From a virus, in the IMG/VR virus record IMGVR_UViG_3300025009_000004, positions 53,662 to 117,661 of that record: 64,000 nt of DNA, one strand, 5' to 3'. The notes beneath the pieces are model-generated. The model saw only the letters and a list, made by a program, of their open reading frames with translations, was not told the DNA's origin and searched no databases. Below, in pieces: positions 37,301 to 46,777 of this stretch (position 1 is its first letter; every line of letters begins with the position of its first letter). Position numbers and translations under genes: made by a program.

Positions 37301-40154
37301 CATTAATTCTCTCTAATACTGCCCACTCTACGTCAGGATTTGTTGCCATTAGCCCTCTGATAAGCTGTAGGGTCCGAATGACCTCTTTCTCATCCTCAAT
37401 TGTTTTTCCCACAAACCTTTTTAGCTTAGTGTCAGCTTCTTTAAAAACATTCCCTAAATCAACAATATTAGCAGTTGCGTCTGGTAAGCCAGAAATGCCA
37501 GCATTTTTAGTCGCCATAATTTCTTTATTATACTGTAAATCAGACGTTTTTGAATATGCAGGAATAAGAGCGCCCGAAAGCGGGTCTCTCTCCATTTTCA
37601 TTCCAGCCATTCCAGAAGCGCCAAGACCCTTGGCAATAGAACGAGAAATCTCTAACCTTTGGTCTTCGCTCTTAGCAGCAGAGAGTTCTTTAAATAATTT
37701 AATCGCCTCTGCAAGTTTATCATTCATTTCTTTCTGTTTTTCGGCAGCAGACTCAGTCATCGAACTATAAGAGGACCAAGCCATCGCGGCAGCGGCAATT
37801 GCCAATCCAATCGGTCCCATTGCCAAGTTCATGGCGCCCCATAACGCTCTCATTGTCCCAGCGGCCCTTGTGCCAGAAACGGCAATCATAGACAATCCGC
37901 TCGACATTATAGTCCAATTACGAGCAACCCCTGCCCACATGCCAGTATTCCCAAGCGCCTGCACAAAACCAGAGCCAACAGTTTTTGCTTTGCCCATCGT
38001 TAAAAAGAAAACCATCACAGCATTCATAGCATGACCTATTTCTTTTCTAAATGTGCTAAATAGGGATATTGCGCCACTAAATGCTAAAAATCCAGTAGCC
38101 GCTCCTGCAATTCCCGCTGATAAGCCAGGGGCCATGCTCGCCAGAGAAGAGAATGCATTTACAAGATTAGTAACTTGTCCAATTAAAGGAAGAAGCACGG
38201 CAGTAGACATTTCATACATCAATGTGCTAAATCTCTGAAATGATTTGCTAAACTTTTCCATTTCAGATGCATTTGCTTTTTGAGCATATCCTAAAGAGTT
38301 AATTGACCCAGACGTTAATTCTGCTGCTCTGCCCATATTTTCCATTAAGGCTATAAATGCATTAAGTTGTCTTGAGCCGGCCATCTGTTCGCCTATGAAT
38401 TTCTTCTGAACATCAGTTAATATTGACCATTTCTTTGCTACCGTTTCTAATATCTGAGGAGCGCCCATTATATCGCCACTTATAGGAGATACAAATTGCT
38501 GTCCTTTAAATTCTTCCATGCCCTGCAACAGATTAAGTGTTTTCATTCTCTGAGCGCGTTCAATAATCGTCTTTAACGATGTACCTATTACCTCACCGCT
38601 TAATTGTGTTTTCTCAGATACAGCAGCGATATAACCGAACAACTGATCTAAACTAACGCCCATTGTCTTAGCCATTGAGCCAGAGCGTTGCATTGCAGAG
38701 ATAAGCACTTCAGATGATGCAGATGATTTAGCCTGTACTAATGCTAATTTATCTATTAATACAGTTGTATCACTGAATTGATCTTTCCATACATTTGTAG
38801 CGGTAGTTAGATAAGTAACAGTTGTTGCGAAATCAGTTGATGCTACATTAACGCCAAGTAGCGCTGAACGAGTCATATCTATGATTTCATTCGCAGCTTT
38901 ACCTTGCTTAGCAAATTCAGCATATGAACCTAACACTGTATCAATAGGAACGCCAAACTCAGCAGCCATACCATATGCGCTCTGTCTTAATCCACCAATA
39001 TTAGAGCCTTCGGGCAAGAACTTTTTAAGTTCAAGCATCTGGTCTTGCATCGCAACAGCTTGGCGCATAGCTTCGGTAAATTGTTGTATAGTTGACGTAA
39101 TCGCGAAGAATGATATATAGTAACGACCAAGGCGCAAGACAGCATCGCCTTGCTTACGCATTATATCGTTAATCCATGTCATTTTATTGCCATATTCATT
39201 AAGGCGAGATGTGCCACCAGCGATCTTATTTAAATAAGCCGATGTCGCTTCTAAGGTTTTTTGCTGTTCTGATAGATTTAGGCCAAATGTATTAAAGCCA
39301 GCATTCCCGCCAGTGCCAGGAATTTCTTTCTGTATTAATGGCCTTACTTTATTCATCGCCTGTTTAACAGACATGCCCATTTGCTCAACTAAGAATTTGC
39401 CATATGCCTGTATGTTTGGGACAACTTGACCACCCGTGCCGAAGTTCTTATCGAGGTAGCCCTGTGGGAGCATTGTTACATCTTTACTTGTATATGTTTT
39501 AGGAGATGGAGTTATTCTTTCTGCGCGTTGCCTTGCCATCAAATCCATGGCATATTGATGAGCAGATAACGGAGTTACCCTTTGTCTATCGGCTGCTTCT
39601 AATTTTTCTATTTGCTGCCGATATTTACGACTTTCTTTGGCGCTCAATGCTCTTTGCCTTATCTCTGCCTGTGTGTCCTGAAACTCAGAATATAGATGTT
39701 CCCCTGATTTTGATATTCGGCTTTTGCCGAGAACTCCCATAGCACTCGTAGTCGATCCAATTGGCTGCTGCTTTCCATTTACTGTCTGAGTTACTTCAAC
39801 ATCGACCCTGGCTTTGGTCTTTTTAGAAGCGACTTTATCCATTGATTTTGATACTTCATCAACAGCATTCTTACTTCTAGTGGCTGATTGTTCGAGAGAA
39901 GAAAAGGTTTTAGACATGGCTTGAGGCAATGATTTAACGGCAGATTCAACTTGTTTAATAGCAGAAACCATATCAATGAAAATACTGCTCTTTAAACTGC
40001 CTTTCTTACTGAAAGATAGTTCAAGCGCTTTTCCTATTAAACTCGCTTGATTCTTCGCTTCTTCCGTTAGTCTCTTTAAGTCTGCAATAGCCCTTGAAGT
40101 GTCCAACTGAGATTTAATGAGTACATCTATAGTTGAAGTATTTTGTCCAGCCAT
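34338..40154 (-). CDS. Tail tape measure protein (TP901-like core)
   Basis: 1938 aa, helical. TMP core (FAKQG...AMQRSGS...GEVIGTSLKT...AGSRQ), TM region and Gly-zipper near the C-terminus; follows the chaperones. Confidence 0.92.
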   Translation of the reverse strand: MAGQNTSTIDVLIKSQLDTSRAIADLKRLTEEAKNQASLIGKALELSFSKKGSLKSSIFIDMVSAIKQVESAVKSLPQAMSKTFSSLEQSATRSKNAVDEVSKSMDKVASKKTKARVDVEVTQTVNGKQQPIGSTTSAMGVLGKSRISKSGEHLYSEFQDTQAEIRQRALSAKESRKYRQQIEKLEAADRQRVTPLSAHQYAMDLMARQRAERITPSPKTYTSKDVTMLPQGYLDKNFGTGGQVVPNIQAYGKFLVEQMGMSVKQAMNKVRPLIQKEIPGTGGNAGFNTFGLNLSEQQKTLEATSAYLNKIAGGTSRLNEYGNKMTWINDIMRKQGDAVLRLGRYYISFFAITSTIQQFTEAMRQAVAMQDQMLELKKFLPEGSNIGGLRQSAYGMAAEFGVPIDTVLGSYAEFAKQGKAANEIIDMTRSALLGVNVASTDFATTVTYLTTATNVWKDQFSDTTVLIDKLALVQAKSSASSEVLISAMQRSGSMAKTMGVSLDQLFGYIAAVSEKTQLSGEVIGTSLKTIIERAQRMKTLNLLQGMEEFKGQQFVSPISGDIMGAPQILETVAKKWSILTDVQKKFIGEQMAGSRQLNAFIALMENMGRAAELTSGSINSLGYAQKANASEMEKFSKSFQRFSTLMYEMSTAVLLPLIGQVTNLVNAFSSLASMAPGLSAGIAGAATGFLAFSGAISLFSTFRKEIGHAMNAVMVFFLTMGKAKTVGSGFVQALGNTGMWAGVARNWTIMSSGLSMIAVSGTRAAGTMRALWGAMNLAMGPIGLAIAAAAMAWSSYSSMTESAAEKQKEMNDKLAEAIKLFKELSAAKSEDQRLEISRSIAKGLGASGMAGMKMERDPLSGALIPAYSKTSDLQYNKEIMATKNAGISGLPDATANIVDLGNVFKEADTKLKRFVGKTIEDEKEVIRTLQLIRGLMATNPDVEWAVLERINEIEASKKKYTGRAQDKDVTDALGKLDDEELIRLRNIQAAMSGKTEKGRLSKDFFKSIGKIPNSAFTQLLGSDDTSSKITNIMASSQVLQPEVTKNKNEELQAEAMLRVKNLEYAREMAKIEVEMRQKRMTTKTTSADDYLAQYAYAQEQILKYQSEEEEARRKINLAIKENNNDNKIAAESAQTDAKEMIATWKQYSNEITGASDSIRENNAKINALSESIRGQLDGAISSATKGVDTLSAHLLDLTSRSFTIKVAVEAFLRSMLPGWLSKMLFGELPTQSPAQAAQSNFEAWTKRLKEAKTPAEKAEISKMAQESYAQDFKAVKGSKVVGPGDAKGIADQIQYAKNQKALEYKEPSGGAAKRDRESTAHYNALERIKKAEADLQKQQQMSSYWEGKMPDKYLLKYDAETAKYESEMQAKKAALASEEKNLKPDEVKKFKEEIAVLQEKINLQSKYRKQAEEIAAFEKWESDNRVGMERLRTELSIKSEIYDMEYAALYSASRSDEKSYMEWKIKSALVELEAQRMIAIETQKIVAMQNGKNEAEALSIAMSTEEVQLLDLKINKEEQMLGLIDRQLDLKKKQRINEQVREVQGMLSTGIFDALSMKNKNERKKQLAEIAKELSKLGEDSNTAAYGIAQAESTGNIDAINSSRDKWNEVNRQIEEARKKMDEVNNSTNKWKEVLENIGDSVLKKLADKFAEMLINKTGLGDMFGMIFGGIDGMGGGGKKSNAPALSDPRSALGALAMGGLGMGKRAMSVTDMIMPGISNSSVQYNINAAGGAGGAGGGLMSMLGGFGGGSSKLLPANYSAAARNGYTGRGVDQMSSAKKYGTSQYLTSAMLGYAIGSSTSNRTVGVLGGAAAGFLTGGPIGAILGAIGGLLGRKKNGDEAPPVQPVREMYPLFRNVDALDRNTNALLKLSDGVWNAPSVFDLNKVQAERNMTSPTFNITINATSSSPKAIASEVNAAVSNAYQSSLGKIATSTSNWG

Positions 40155-40183
40155 TATCTTCTCTCCCTTTTCTTCATCTCACA

Positions 40184-40456
40184 TCAAAATTTATCTTTAA
40201 ATTCTTCGGCCTTTCGTTTCATTATAACATCGTCCAAATGTCTATCAAGTTCATAGTCACTATCAATGACCTCTGCACTTGGTTTTTCCTTTGGAGTCAT
40301 GTCACGCAATTCATAATAAAACTTACACCAACTTAAGAATAGCGTTTTATTTAAATCCCAATCTGAGACGCACCCATCGAACATACTGCCTAAATCTTTA
40401 CGACTTAGTTCGTACTTTCTTTGCCAGATATACTCGCGGGCAATTGCTCTAAAAAA
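40184..40456 (-). CDS. Tail assembly chaperone extension (GT), reached by -1 frameshift
   Basis: The -1 frame from T TTT TTA at 40456-40450 is open and in frame with track ORF 40184..40384. Confidence 0.8.
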   Translation of the reverse strand, partial: FFRAIAREYIWQRKYELSRKDLGSMFDGCVSDWDLNKTLFLSWCKFYYELRDMTPKEKPSAEVIDSDYELDRHLDDVIMKRKAEEFKDKF

Positions 40457-41082
40457 CGCTCACCAACTCCCATCCAGAAGGTAGTGCAATCTCTTACAAG
40501 ATTAATTACGGCCTCGCCATTGGGATAACTCTCTAATTCATTCTCATTTTTAAATAAAGGCTCAGTCATATTAGCGTCTTTAAACGCGCACATAACTACC
40601 TGTTTAACAATCTGTTCATTCTCTATTATCTTCTCGATAGTATGAGTGAACATGCTTTCTCTATCAGTGAATAATTTCATATAATTAAGCGTTGCTTTAG
40701 TGTAATGATTGTCTGCATCATCAAATGCAGGGTTATCTATTCTATCTTCGTATTTAAAAGAATACCATTCTTTATACGCTTCCATATATGTTTTTTGCGC
40801 TTCGGTGAATATATTCTCGTCGGCTTCTGTCCACATGCCATTGGCTTCAAGTTCTTTGCGCCATGCTCTCATCGTAGGGAACTGTTTCTCTCTTATCATT
40901 TTGAGATATTTGAGTGAATATTCTTTATCTAAAATATTCTTTTCCTTTAAGCGAGGAAACCTTACATAAATAGTTACACCGTCAAAAGTAATCTCTTTTG
41001 CCCCACTGAATAATATTGCCTTAGTGTCTGATAACTGTTCCATGTCTTTCGCTTCTTGAGTAACGACTTTCAATTCTTCCAT
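40405..41082 (-). CDS. Tail assembly chaperone (G)
   Basis: Between tail tube and tape measure; slippery heptamer near its end. Confidence 0.8.
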   Translation of the reverse strand: MEELKVVTQEAKDMEQLSDTKAILFSGAKEITFDGVTIYVRFPRLKEKNILDKEYSLKYLKMIREKQFPTMRAWRKELEANGMWTEADENIFTEAQKTYMEAYKEWYSFKYEDRIDNPAFDDADNHYTKATLNYMKLFTDRESMFTHTIEKIIENEQIVKQVVMCAFKDANMTEPLFKNENELESYPNGEAVINLVRDCTTFWMGVGERFLEQLPASISGKESTN

Positions 41083-41096
41083 TTCATTTCACCCCT

Positions 41097-41139
41097 AAAA
41101 TAATAATAGTGACAACAGATTTTACACTGCCGTCACTAT
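41097..41139 (-). terminator. Intrinsic terminator after the tail tube gene
   Basis: ATAGTGACGGCAG-8 nt-CTGTTGTCACTAT (G:U pairs on this strand), followed by TATTATTTT. Confidence 0.65.
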
Positions 41140-41140
41140 C

Positions 41141-41169
41141 ATTATATCGATTTAATTATCGAATGTCAA
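41141..41169 (-). promoter_or_regulatory. Consensus sigma70 promoter for chaperone/tape measure genes
   Basis: TTGACA-17 bp-TATAAT. Confidence 0.85.
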
Positions 41170-41184
41170 GGTTATTGTTATTGT

Positions 41185-42981
41185 TTATACGTCAAGAGCA
41201 TTTCCGCTGCTGACCCAAGTTATATTGTCAGTCTGAAGAGTCGCTCTCCACTGGCCGGCAGAGTTACCTACACGGGCCGTATCGCCTTCGGTGACAACTT
41301 TGCAATTAGAGAGAGTTATCGTTTTAGCAAGCGTAGTAGCGCTAGCAGTATAAGCATCAGTATAAACTTCAATCTGAACGTCGCAATTATCTATGAAGTC
41401 TTTAACGTCCATAGAGGTTAGTGCAGCAAATTCACCAGCAGCATTTTTACCCTGTGCTATTGCCATCGTTTTAAGGTCGGCTTGATTGAAGGTCATATCA
41501 AACCTTACATTCAGCGGGTAGGTAGTCGGTTTGTCGATATAACGCTGAGTGCCAAGTTCGTATATTTCCTGTCTGCCAAAATCTAACGAGCCGCTTACGC
41601 TCTGGCAACGGAGCAATCTTTCTTTTTCGCCAGCAAAGCCATGCTGCCATGCATACACTTTAATACAACCCCTGCGAAGCCCACCACGAGTTCCGGTGTT
41701 GGTAGAGGTAAGTTTCGGAAATGCACGAGGAGTATTAACGTAATAAACTATTTCTATTCTATCGCCGGCAAGGAAGGGAGTGCCACTTGCTGCCGTTAAA
41801 ATGTTTCCGGCCCAAGTGATACCATAGGTATCAACCGATTTAGCTACATTCTTTACTTCTTCTTTATTTAAAAATACCGCCACAAGAGTATTGCCTGTCG
41901 CAATCGCGTTGGTCGTTGCAGTAGCAGTCGTAGCGAATGTTGCAAAGTCAATATCTATGTCTTTTTTAGTGCCAAGATACCATACTTTATGGTCGCCAGA
42001 AAAGCGATAGCTTTCTTTTGCAAGACCGCCAACTTCATATGAGAACTCTATCGAGTCAAGATAGGCGCCCTGCATATGGCAGCTTCTGGTTAATACGGTC
42101 GTATTCGGTTCGCTTACTTTGAATACAAATGACGGGCATCTCTGATGGTCGAGATCAAACGTGGGATCAGCCATTGTAACTGTTTCGGTTACAGCAACAG
42201 AGGTAGTCGTTATTACAACGACAACTTCACTACCAGCGAGAGGAGTTCCGCCAGTGCAAGTCAAAACGGCAGTTGCAGCAGTGCTAAGAGTGGCAGCAGT
42301 AAATCCGCCAGTAACCGCTTCGAGTCTATCAAACTGTTTTACTCCATCTACATACACTTGGTCTACGGTATAAATGGCAGGGTCATTATCTAACGCAGTA
42401 GTTACCACGCCTAATACGGCAGTAGAGGTGTCTGCTACAACAGCATGATAATGAATATCTATTACATCATGAAGCGTAGGGGTAACTCCGCCAGTGAGAA
42501 CCATAACCGAATTAGTAGCGGTTTGGTCTAATTCAGCGGCGGTAAATCCACTGGTAACGGGGGTTAATCTATCGTATTGTTTTACGCCATTGACATAAAC
42601 ACGGTCGATAAGATATCCAGCGGGGTCATTGTCTATATTCGTGGTCTGTGTTAACGAAGCCGCTGCGTCTATTCTGTCTACTAAGCCTGGTTTATAATAT
42701 GTTCCCATATAAATACCAGTAGCGTCACGATTCACGCCTACAAGTTGCGTACCTGATTTAAGCATTACTAAGTTGGCCATCGAGCCAACATCATTGGTTT
42801 CTATTGATATGGATACTTTAGGCAAATCTTCCAGTTTTTCTACATAGCTGGCATTAGCCAATTCTTCTATGTTTTCAACTGCAAGATCTGCGCCAAGGTC
42901 AACATTTTGTACTCTCTTTACGATATCATTATTCATGAATATCGCTTGACCCTTACCTTGAATTTGGGTTGTTACACTCAT
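41185..42981 (-). CDS. Major tail tube protein, tandem-duplicated tube domain with inserted Ig-like repeats
   Basis: Two tube-like halves (RVQNVDL...ENIEELA and RCQSVSG...QEIYELG); follows the tail terminator; followed by a transcription terminator. Confidence 0.8.
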   Translation of the reverse strand: MSVTTQIQGKGQAIFMNNDIVKRVQNVDLGADLAVENIEELANASYVEKLEDLPKVSISIETNDVGSMANLVMLKSGTQLVGVNRDATGIYMGTYYKPGLVDRIDAAASLTQTTNIDNDPAGYLIDRVYVNGVKQYDRLTPVTSGFTAAELDQTATNSVMVLTGGVTPTLHDVIDIHYHAVVADTSTAVLGVVTTALDNDPAIYTVDQVYVDGVKQFDRLEAVTGGFTAATLSTAATAVLTCTGGTPLAGSEVVVVITTTSVAVTETVTMADPTFDLDHQRCPSFVFKVSEPNTTVLTRSCHMQGAYLDSIEFSYEVGGLAKESYRFSGDHKVWYLGTKKDIDIDFATFATTATATTNAIATGNTLVAVFLNKEEVKNVAKSVDTYGITWAGNILTAASGTPFLAGDRIEIVYYVNTPRAFPKLTSTNTGTRGGLRRGCIKVYAWQHGFAGEKERLLRCQSVSGSLDFGRQEIYELGTQRYIDKPTTYPLNVRFDMTFNQADLKTMAIAQGKNAAGEFAALTSMDVKDFIDNCDVQIEVYTDAYTASATTLAKTITLSNCKVVTEGDTARVGNSAGQWRATLQTDNITWVSSGNALDV

Positions 42982-43001
42982 CTTAACACCTCTTTGTTAA
43001 A

Positions 43002-43544
43002 TTAGTCTCTGATATACCGAATTGTTCCTGCTAATGTGCTTTGATAGCGCTTCGCATAGTTAGGTTCGGTGGTATTGGTTAGTTTAAGTACCGATTGAGA
43101 AAAATCTTCCTCGCTCGTTACTTCCCATTGAGTTGTTATAACCGCCGGCAATGAACTTGGGTCATAAGTCGCATTGACATCGGGTATATCTGCGTTTGTG
43201 TTGAAGTCATAAAAATTATGACTACCTATTAAACCATTGAGAACTTGTTCTGCTATATCCATGCTTTCTGCCTTATTAACACAGATTATATCAACTGTAA
43301 CACTTGCTACATCCCAGAATGAGCCACCTATTTCTATAGGCTCCATCTCGAAATAATCTGCATCAACAACACATACGGGCATCTTATAATTAATATCTTC
43401 GACATAATCAGCGGCAAATACGATCTGCTTATCATCATCTGGCATTTCTAATAAATATGTGAAGTCATCTCTGCCTATCACTGTTTCAATAATACGCTTC
43501 ACTTCAAAACATAAATTTATTATTGCCATTCTTCTTAATTTCAT
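43002..43544 (-). CDS. Tail terminator-like protein
   Basis: PVCVVD...PIEIGG...VTVDII pattern; position before the tail tube. Confidence 0.6.
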   Translation of the reverse strand: MKLRRMAIINLCFEVKRIIETVIGRDDFTYLLEMPDDDKQIVFAADYVEDINYKMPVCVVDADYFEMEPIEIGGSFWDVASVTVDIICVNKAESMDIAEQVLNGLIGSHNFYDFNTNADIPDVNATYDPSSLPAVITTQWEVTSEEDFSQSVLKLTNTTEPNYAKRYQSTLAGTIRYIRD

Positions 43545-43554
43545 TTTATATCCT

Positions 43555-44433
43555 TTATGCTAATGATACCCTAATGTCAAACCCAGATGCTCTTAAATAA
43601 TTTGATAATGTTTTTGCAAATAAATCTTTATACATTTGTCTTAAAACATTGTTTTCTTCATATATTAAATGCATACCTTTTGCTTTCTTCCATTTAGACC
43701 TTTTTCTAAAGACATATTCATTGCTTGAGCCTGGAACTGGAATTAACAATGCCGACCTTTGATTTCCAAGAGTTAATTCGCCTTTGTTCTTCCCACTCTT
43801 TTTTTGTTTTAATATTGCGTTATTATCAACTACAGAAAAATATTTCTTTTTCTTTTCTTGCCCAGGGCGTATTGTTCCAGAACTAGTACGACCAAATTCA
43901 AATATAACTCCCATTCCAAGGTGTCCAGACTTTGAACCATATAGAGGATTCTCTGCAAATATACTTTGTATTTTAATGTCCCTATTTTTTGCTTTAACAA
44001 CGCCAGCCGGTCGATAATACATCTGTCTAATCTTCATTGTTTGCGTGTTATAAACTTGCATATTAAATGGTCTTGCTCGAACCATTATTGAGTCCTTACC
44101 CTCTGGCTTAATATTAAAATATTTAGACGAATTATTCTGCATTTCAGAGCAAACCCCGCCAAGAACATCTAATACTTGTTTCGCTATAGGATTCTTGCTG
44201 CCTTTTAGCCGCCTTCTATATTCAGTATAAATCTTGTATGTTACTGCATACATTGCCGCTTCGCTGCCAGCCCTAATTGTTTTCATTAATTTACTCTGTT
44301 GGCCCGTTACAGAATGAAACGCATCTCTCATTTTTTTAACAACATTCTTTAATCCACTTAAATCGAGAGAAACAAATTTTCCCATCTGATATTTTCGTAA
44401 GAAAGATTCAAATAGCATAAATTTATCGGCCAT
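43555..44433 (-). CDS. Basic neck/tail-completion protein
   Basis: Lys/Arg-rich with FEFGRT; position in the neck cluster. Confidence 0.5.
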   Translation of the reverse strand: MADKFMLFESFLRKYQMGKFVSLDLSGLKNVVKKMRDAFHSVTGQQSKLMKTIRAGSEAAMYAVTYKIYTEYRRRLKGSKNPIAKQVLDVLGGVCSEMQNNSSKYFNIKPEGKDSIMVRARPFNMQVYNTQTMKIRQMYYRPAGVVKAKNRDIKIQSIFAENPLYGSKSGHLGMGVIFEFGRTSSGTIRPGQEKKKKYFSVVDNNAILKQKKSGKNKGELTLGNQRSALLIPVPGSSNEYVFRKRSKWKKAKGMHLIYEENNVLRQMYKDLFAKTLSNYLRASGFDIRVSLA

Positions 44434-44435
44434 AA

Positions 44436-44975
44436 TTACACCTTATTCGTTCTTTTAACTTTAACTTCAATTACGAATCTCTCTCCAAGTCCCGTCCACA
44501 TGGGCATGCCATCTAATATCCATTTCTGCTCATCAAAGTCCATATAGCGCATTACATCAAATACTACCTTACCGCTAAATGTGCCAGAATTAACATAACA
44601 CTCGCTTTTAAGGAATGATATATTAGCGCTCTGATTATCAAACACTCCGCCTTGCATTGGCTCTCTATCGTGCGTAAATAGGCCAGGATAAAATATATTT
44701 CCCTTAATACTCAACTTGCCTGTCGTTGTCAGCATACCTTTGCCTAAGCAATAAGGACATGTATGTCCACCAGAAAATGCAATAGGGCCAGCCGTTTTAT
44801 ATCTATTCGTAGATACTTTATTAACAGAGTCATAATAGCAATTCGGACATTTAGCCTCTTCTTCATTCCAAACGATATCAGCAAGCGTTCCAAGCTGATG
44901 TTTGATCGCTGTGATATTAGATTGATATGTTTCTATTATATCATCTGTTAGAAGTTCAGGTTCTACAATTGCCAT
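44436..44975 (-). CDS. Head-closure/stopper-like protein with zinc finger
   Basis: CPNC...CPYCLGKG; position in the neck cluster. Confidence 0.55.
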   Translation of the reverse strand: MAIVEPELLTDDIIETYQSNITAIKHQLGTLADIVWNEEEAKCPNCYYDSVNKVSTNRYKTAGPIAFSGGHTCPYCLGKGMLTTTGKLSIKGNIFYPGLFTHDREPMQGGVFDNQSANISFLKSECYVNSGTFSGKVVFDVMRYMDFDEQKWILDGMPMWTGLGERFVIEVKVKRTNKV

Positions 44976-45418
44976 TAGATTACATCACTTTCACTTACAT
45001 CAATTGCCCTTGGGCCTAATAATGAATTAATCTTATTAACACATTTCTTATAATCTTTTTCGTTATCTATAATCGAGTTCTCATAACCACCAACTGCTTT
45101 AGTTGTGTCAACTTCGTCACGACCAGATTTAACTCTAACCGCCTTTGCAGTTGCCGTCTCTTTGGCTTTAACTAAATAAAATGCTTTTACTTTATAAAAT
45201 ATAGCAAGGCGATATGAACCATTCTCGATGCCGGATAAACTTGGCGTTATTTCAAAACTTGTTTCATCAATAAATTCTAATTCAACGCCAGTGTCATTAT
45301 AGATGTCATCAAATGTATCACCTATTTTATAGGCAATAGCAGAATCAGTATCAGTGCCAACGGTGGCCTGTCTTTTTATTTTATCTATTATCGTTTGTGT
45401 AACTGAATGTATTGCCAT
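44975..45418 (-). CDS. Head-tail adaptor-like protein
   Basis: First gene of the neck cluster; GGAGG RBS. Confidence 0.5.
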   Translation of the reverse strand: MAIHSVTQTIIDKIKRQATVGTDTDSAIAYKIGDTFDDIYNDTGVELEFIDETSFEITPSLSGIENGSYRLAIFYKVKAFYLVKAKETATAKAVRVKSGRDEVDTTKAVGGYENSIIDNEKDYKKCVNKINSLLGPRAIDVSESDVI

Positions 45419-45444
45419 GTTCCCTCCGTATATACTTCAATTTA

Positions 45445-45473
45445 ATTATAAGTCAAAAGAGCCGATATGTCAA
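45445..45473 (-). promoter_or_regulatory. Consensus sigma70 promoter for neck/tail genes
   Basis: TTGACA-17 bp-TATAAT. Confidence 0.85.
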
Positions 45474-45474
45474 T

Positions 45475-46110
45475 CTATTTTCTTATAAATAGCGCGTCTC
45501 GATTATTCATGTCTTCCTGGATAACCTGAAACCTTTGACCCTCCATCCATTGCCTATATGAGCCATATAAGCAAATGCCATCATATAATTCATGGGTAGA
45601 TATTTCAGAATGTATAACTTTAACAGTTTTCAAAATATTAGGAGACGCTTCAAGCGTTTCTTTTTCTACGCCTTGCATATCCAGCCACATTATATCAATA
45701 TTATTTATGTTATTGTCCTGCGCCCATTTGTCTATTGTTGTAAATTGAACTTGTATTTTATCTTCGTCTTTAAATAATATCTGAGGAAAACATTTTAAGT
45801 GATCTTTCGGTTTTAACGCAGAACTAGAAGCATCTGCAAAACCAGAGCATACATAAAAATCAGATATATTATTGTGATTATATAACGCTAAATTAAATAT
45901 TTTAATGTTTTTATATTCCTTAGTTTTTGCTAATAAATTGTTGAATAATCTGGGAACTGGCTCAAACCCATATATCATCGCTTCTGGGAATTTTTTAGCG
46001 AAATCAATTGTATCTCTTCCGTCGTGGCATCCAGCCTCTAATATAACTTTTGGATTCGGGCAATAAATTTTAAATAAATCTTTATTCATTTTATCCCTTC
46101 TTTGCAACAA
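45475..46110 (-). CDS. FkbM-family SAM methyltransferase
   Basis: ILEAGCHDG, YGFEPVP, IDIMWLDMQGVE. Confidence 0.88.
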   Translation of the reverse strand: MLQRRDKMNKDLFKIYCPNPKVILEAGCHDGRDTIDFAKKFPEAMIYGFEPVPRLFNNLLAKTKEYKNIKIFNLALYNHNNISDFYVCSGFADASSSALKPKDHLKCFPQILFKDEDKIQVQFTTIDKWAQDNNINNIDIMWLDMQGVEKETLEASPNILKTVKVIHSEISTHELYDGICLYGSYRQWMEGQRFQVIQEDMNNRDALFIRK

Positions 46111-46777
46111 ATCTATAACCGTAACACAAAATATCGCTTGAGCCTGTGTCCAATGCAGATATCCTTTTTAGTGAATTAGCAACTAATTTAAAATTAGAAA
46201 TCTCTTCTAATGAAAACGATGTCTTACAATATCCTTGTGCTACCGATTGAAATCTACCAATTTCTTGACACATATAATCAAAGTAATTTCCCTGGGCAGT
46301 TACTTCTGTTACTATTAACCCAAAATCTTTTAAAAACTTATTAAAAAAATACTTATTAAATCCAGAATAGAAATGAAACGGGGCATAGTGAGTTAAACTA
46401 GCAAACGGAGCTGTAATTATTAAGATGCCATTAGGCTTTAATAATCTTGATAATTCTTTTATAGCTCGTATCGGCTCCGGCAAATGCTCTAACACCTCAA
46501 TACAAATGATTGCATCGAATGATGCATTTTTTTCGGGTATATTCACGATATCACATAAAATGTTAATTTTTGATTTATCCCATGCCCCGACCTGTAATCC
46601 TTTTCCATCTCCAGAACCATCGTATCCATCAAAATCCTGTGATACATAATCGAGATGGTTGCAATACTTTTTATATTTACATTGGCCGGCACCGGCGTCT
46701 AAAACCCTATGACCATTCGGTATTTTTTTTATCTGTTCAGACACCCATAATTCTCTTAATCCGTCACTATCCATCAA
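46091..46777 (-). CDS. Class I SAM-dependent methyltransferase
   Basis: VLDAGAG, FDAIICIEVLEHLPEP, LLKPNG. Confidence 0.9.
   Translation of the reverse strand: MMDSDGLRELWVSEQIKKIPNGHRVLDAGAGQCKYKKYCNHLDYVSQDFDGYDGSGDGKGLQVGAWDKSKINILCDIVNIPEKNASFDAIICIEVLEHLPEPIRAIKELSRLLKPNGILIITAPFASLTHYAPFHFYSGFNKYFFNKFLKDFGLIVTEVTAQGNYFDYMCQEIGRFQSVAQGYCKTSFSLEEISNFKLVANSLKRISALDTGSSDILCYGYRFVAKKG

Noticed and set aside
34393-39742. Many + strand ORFs opposite the tape measure (and opposite other long genes)
   Set aside because: Antisense shadows of the coding strand, without RBS or recognisable motifs.
41185-42981. Contractile tail sheath
   Set aside because: Motifs fit a duplicated tube protein; no separate tube gene or baseplate wedge genes follow.
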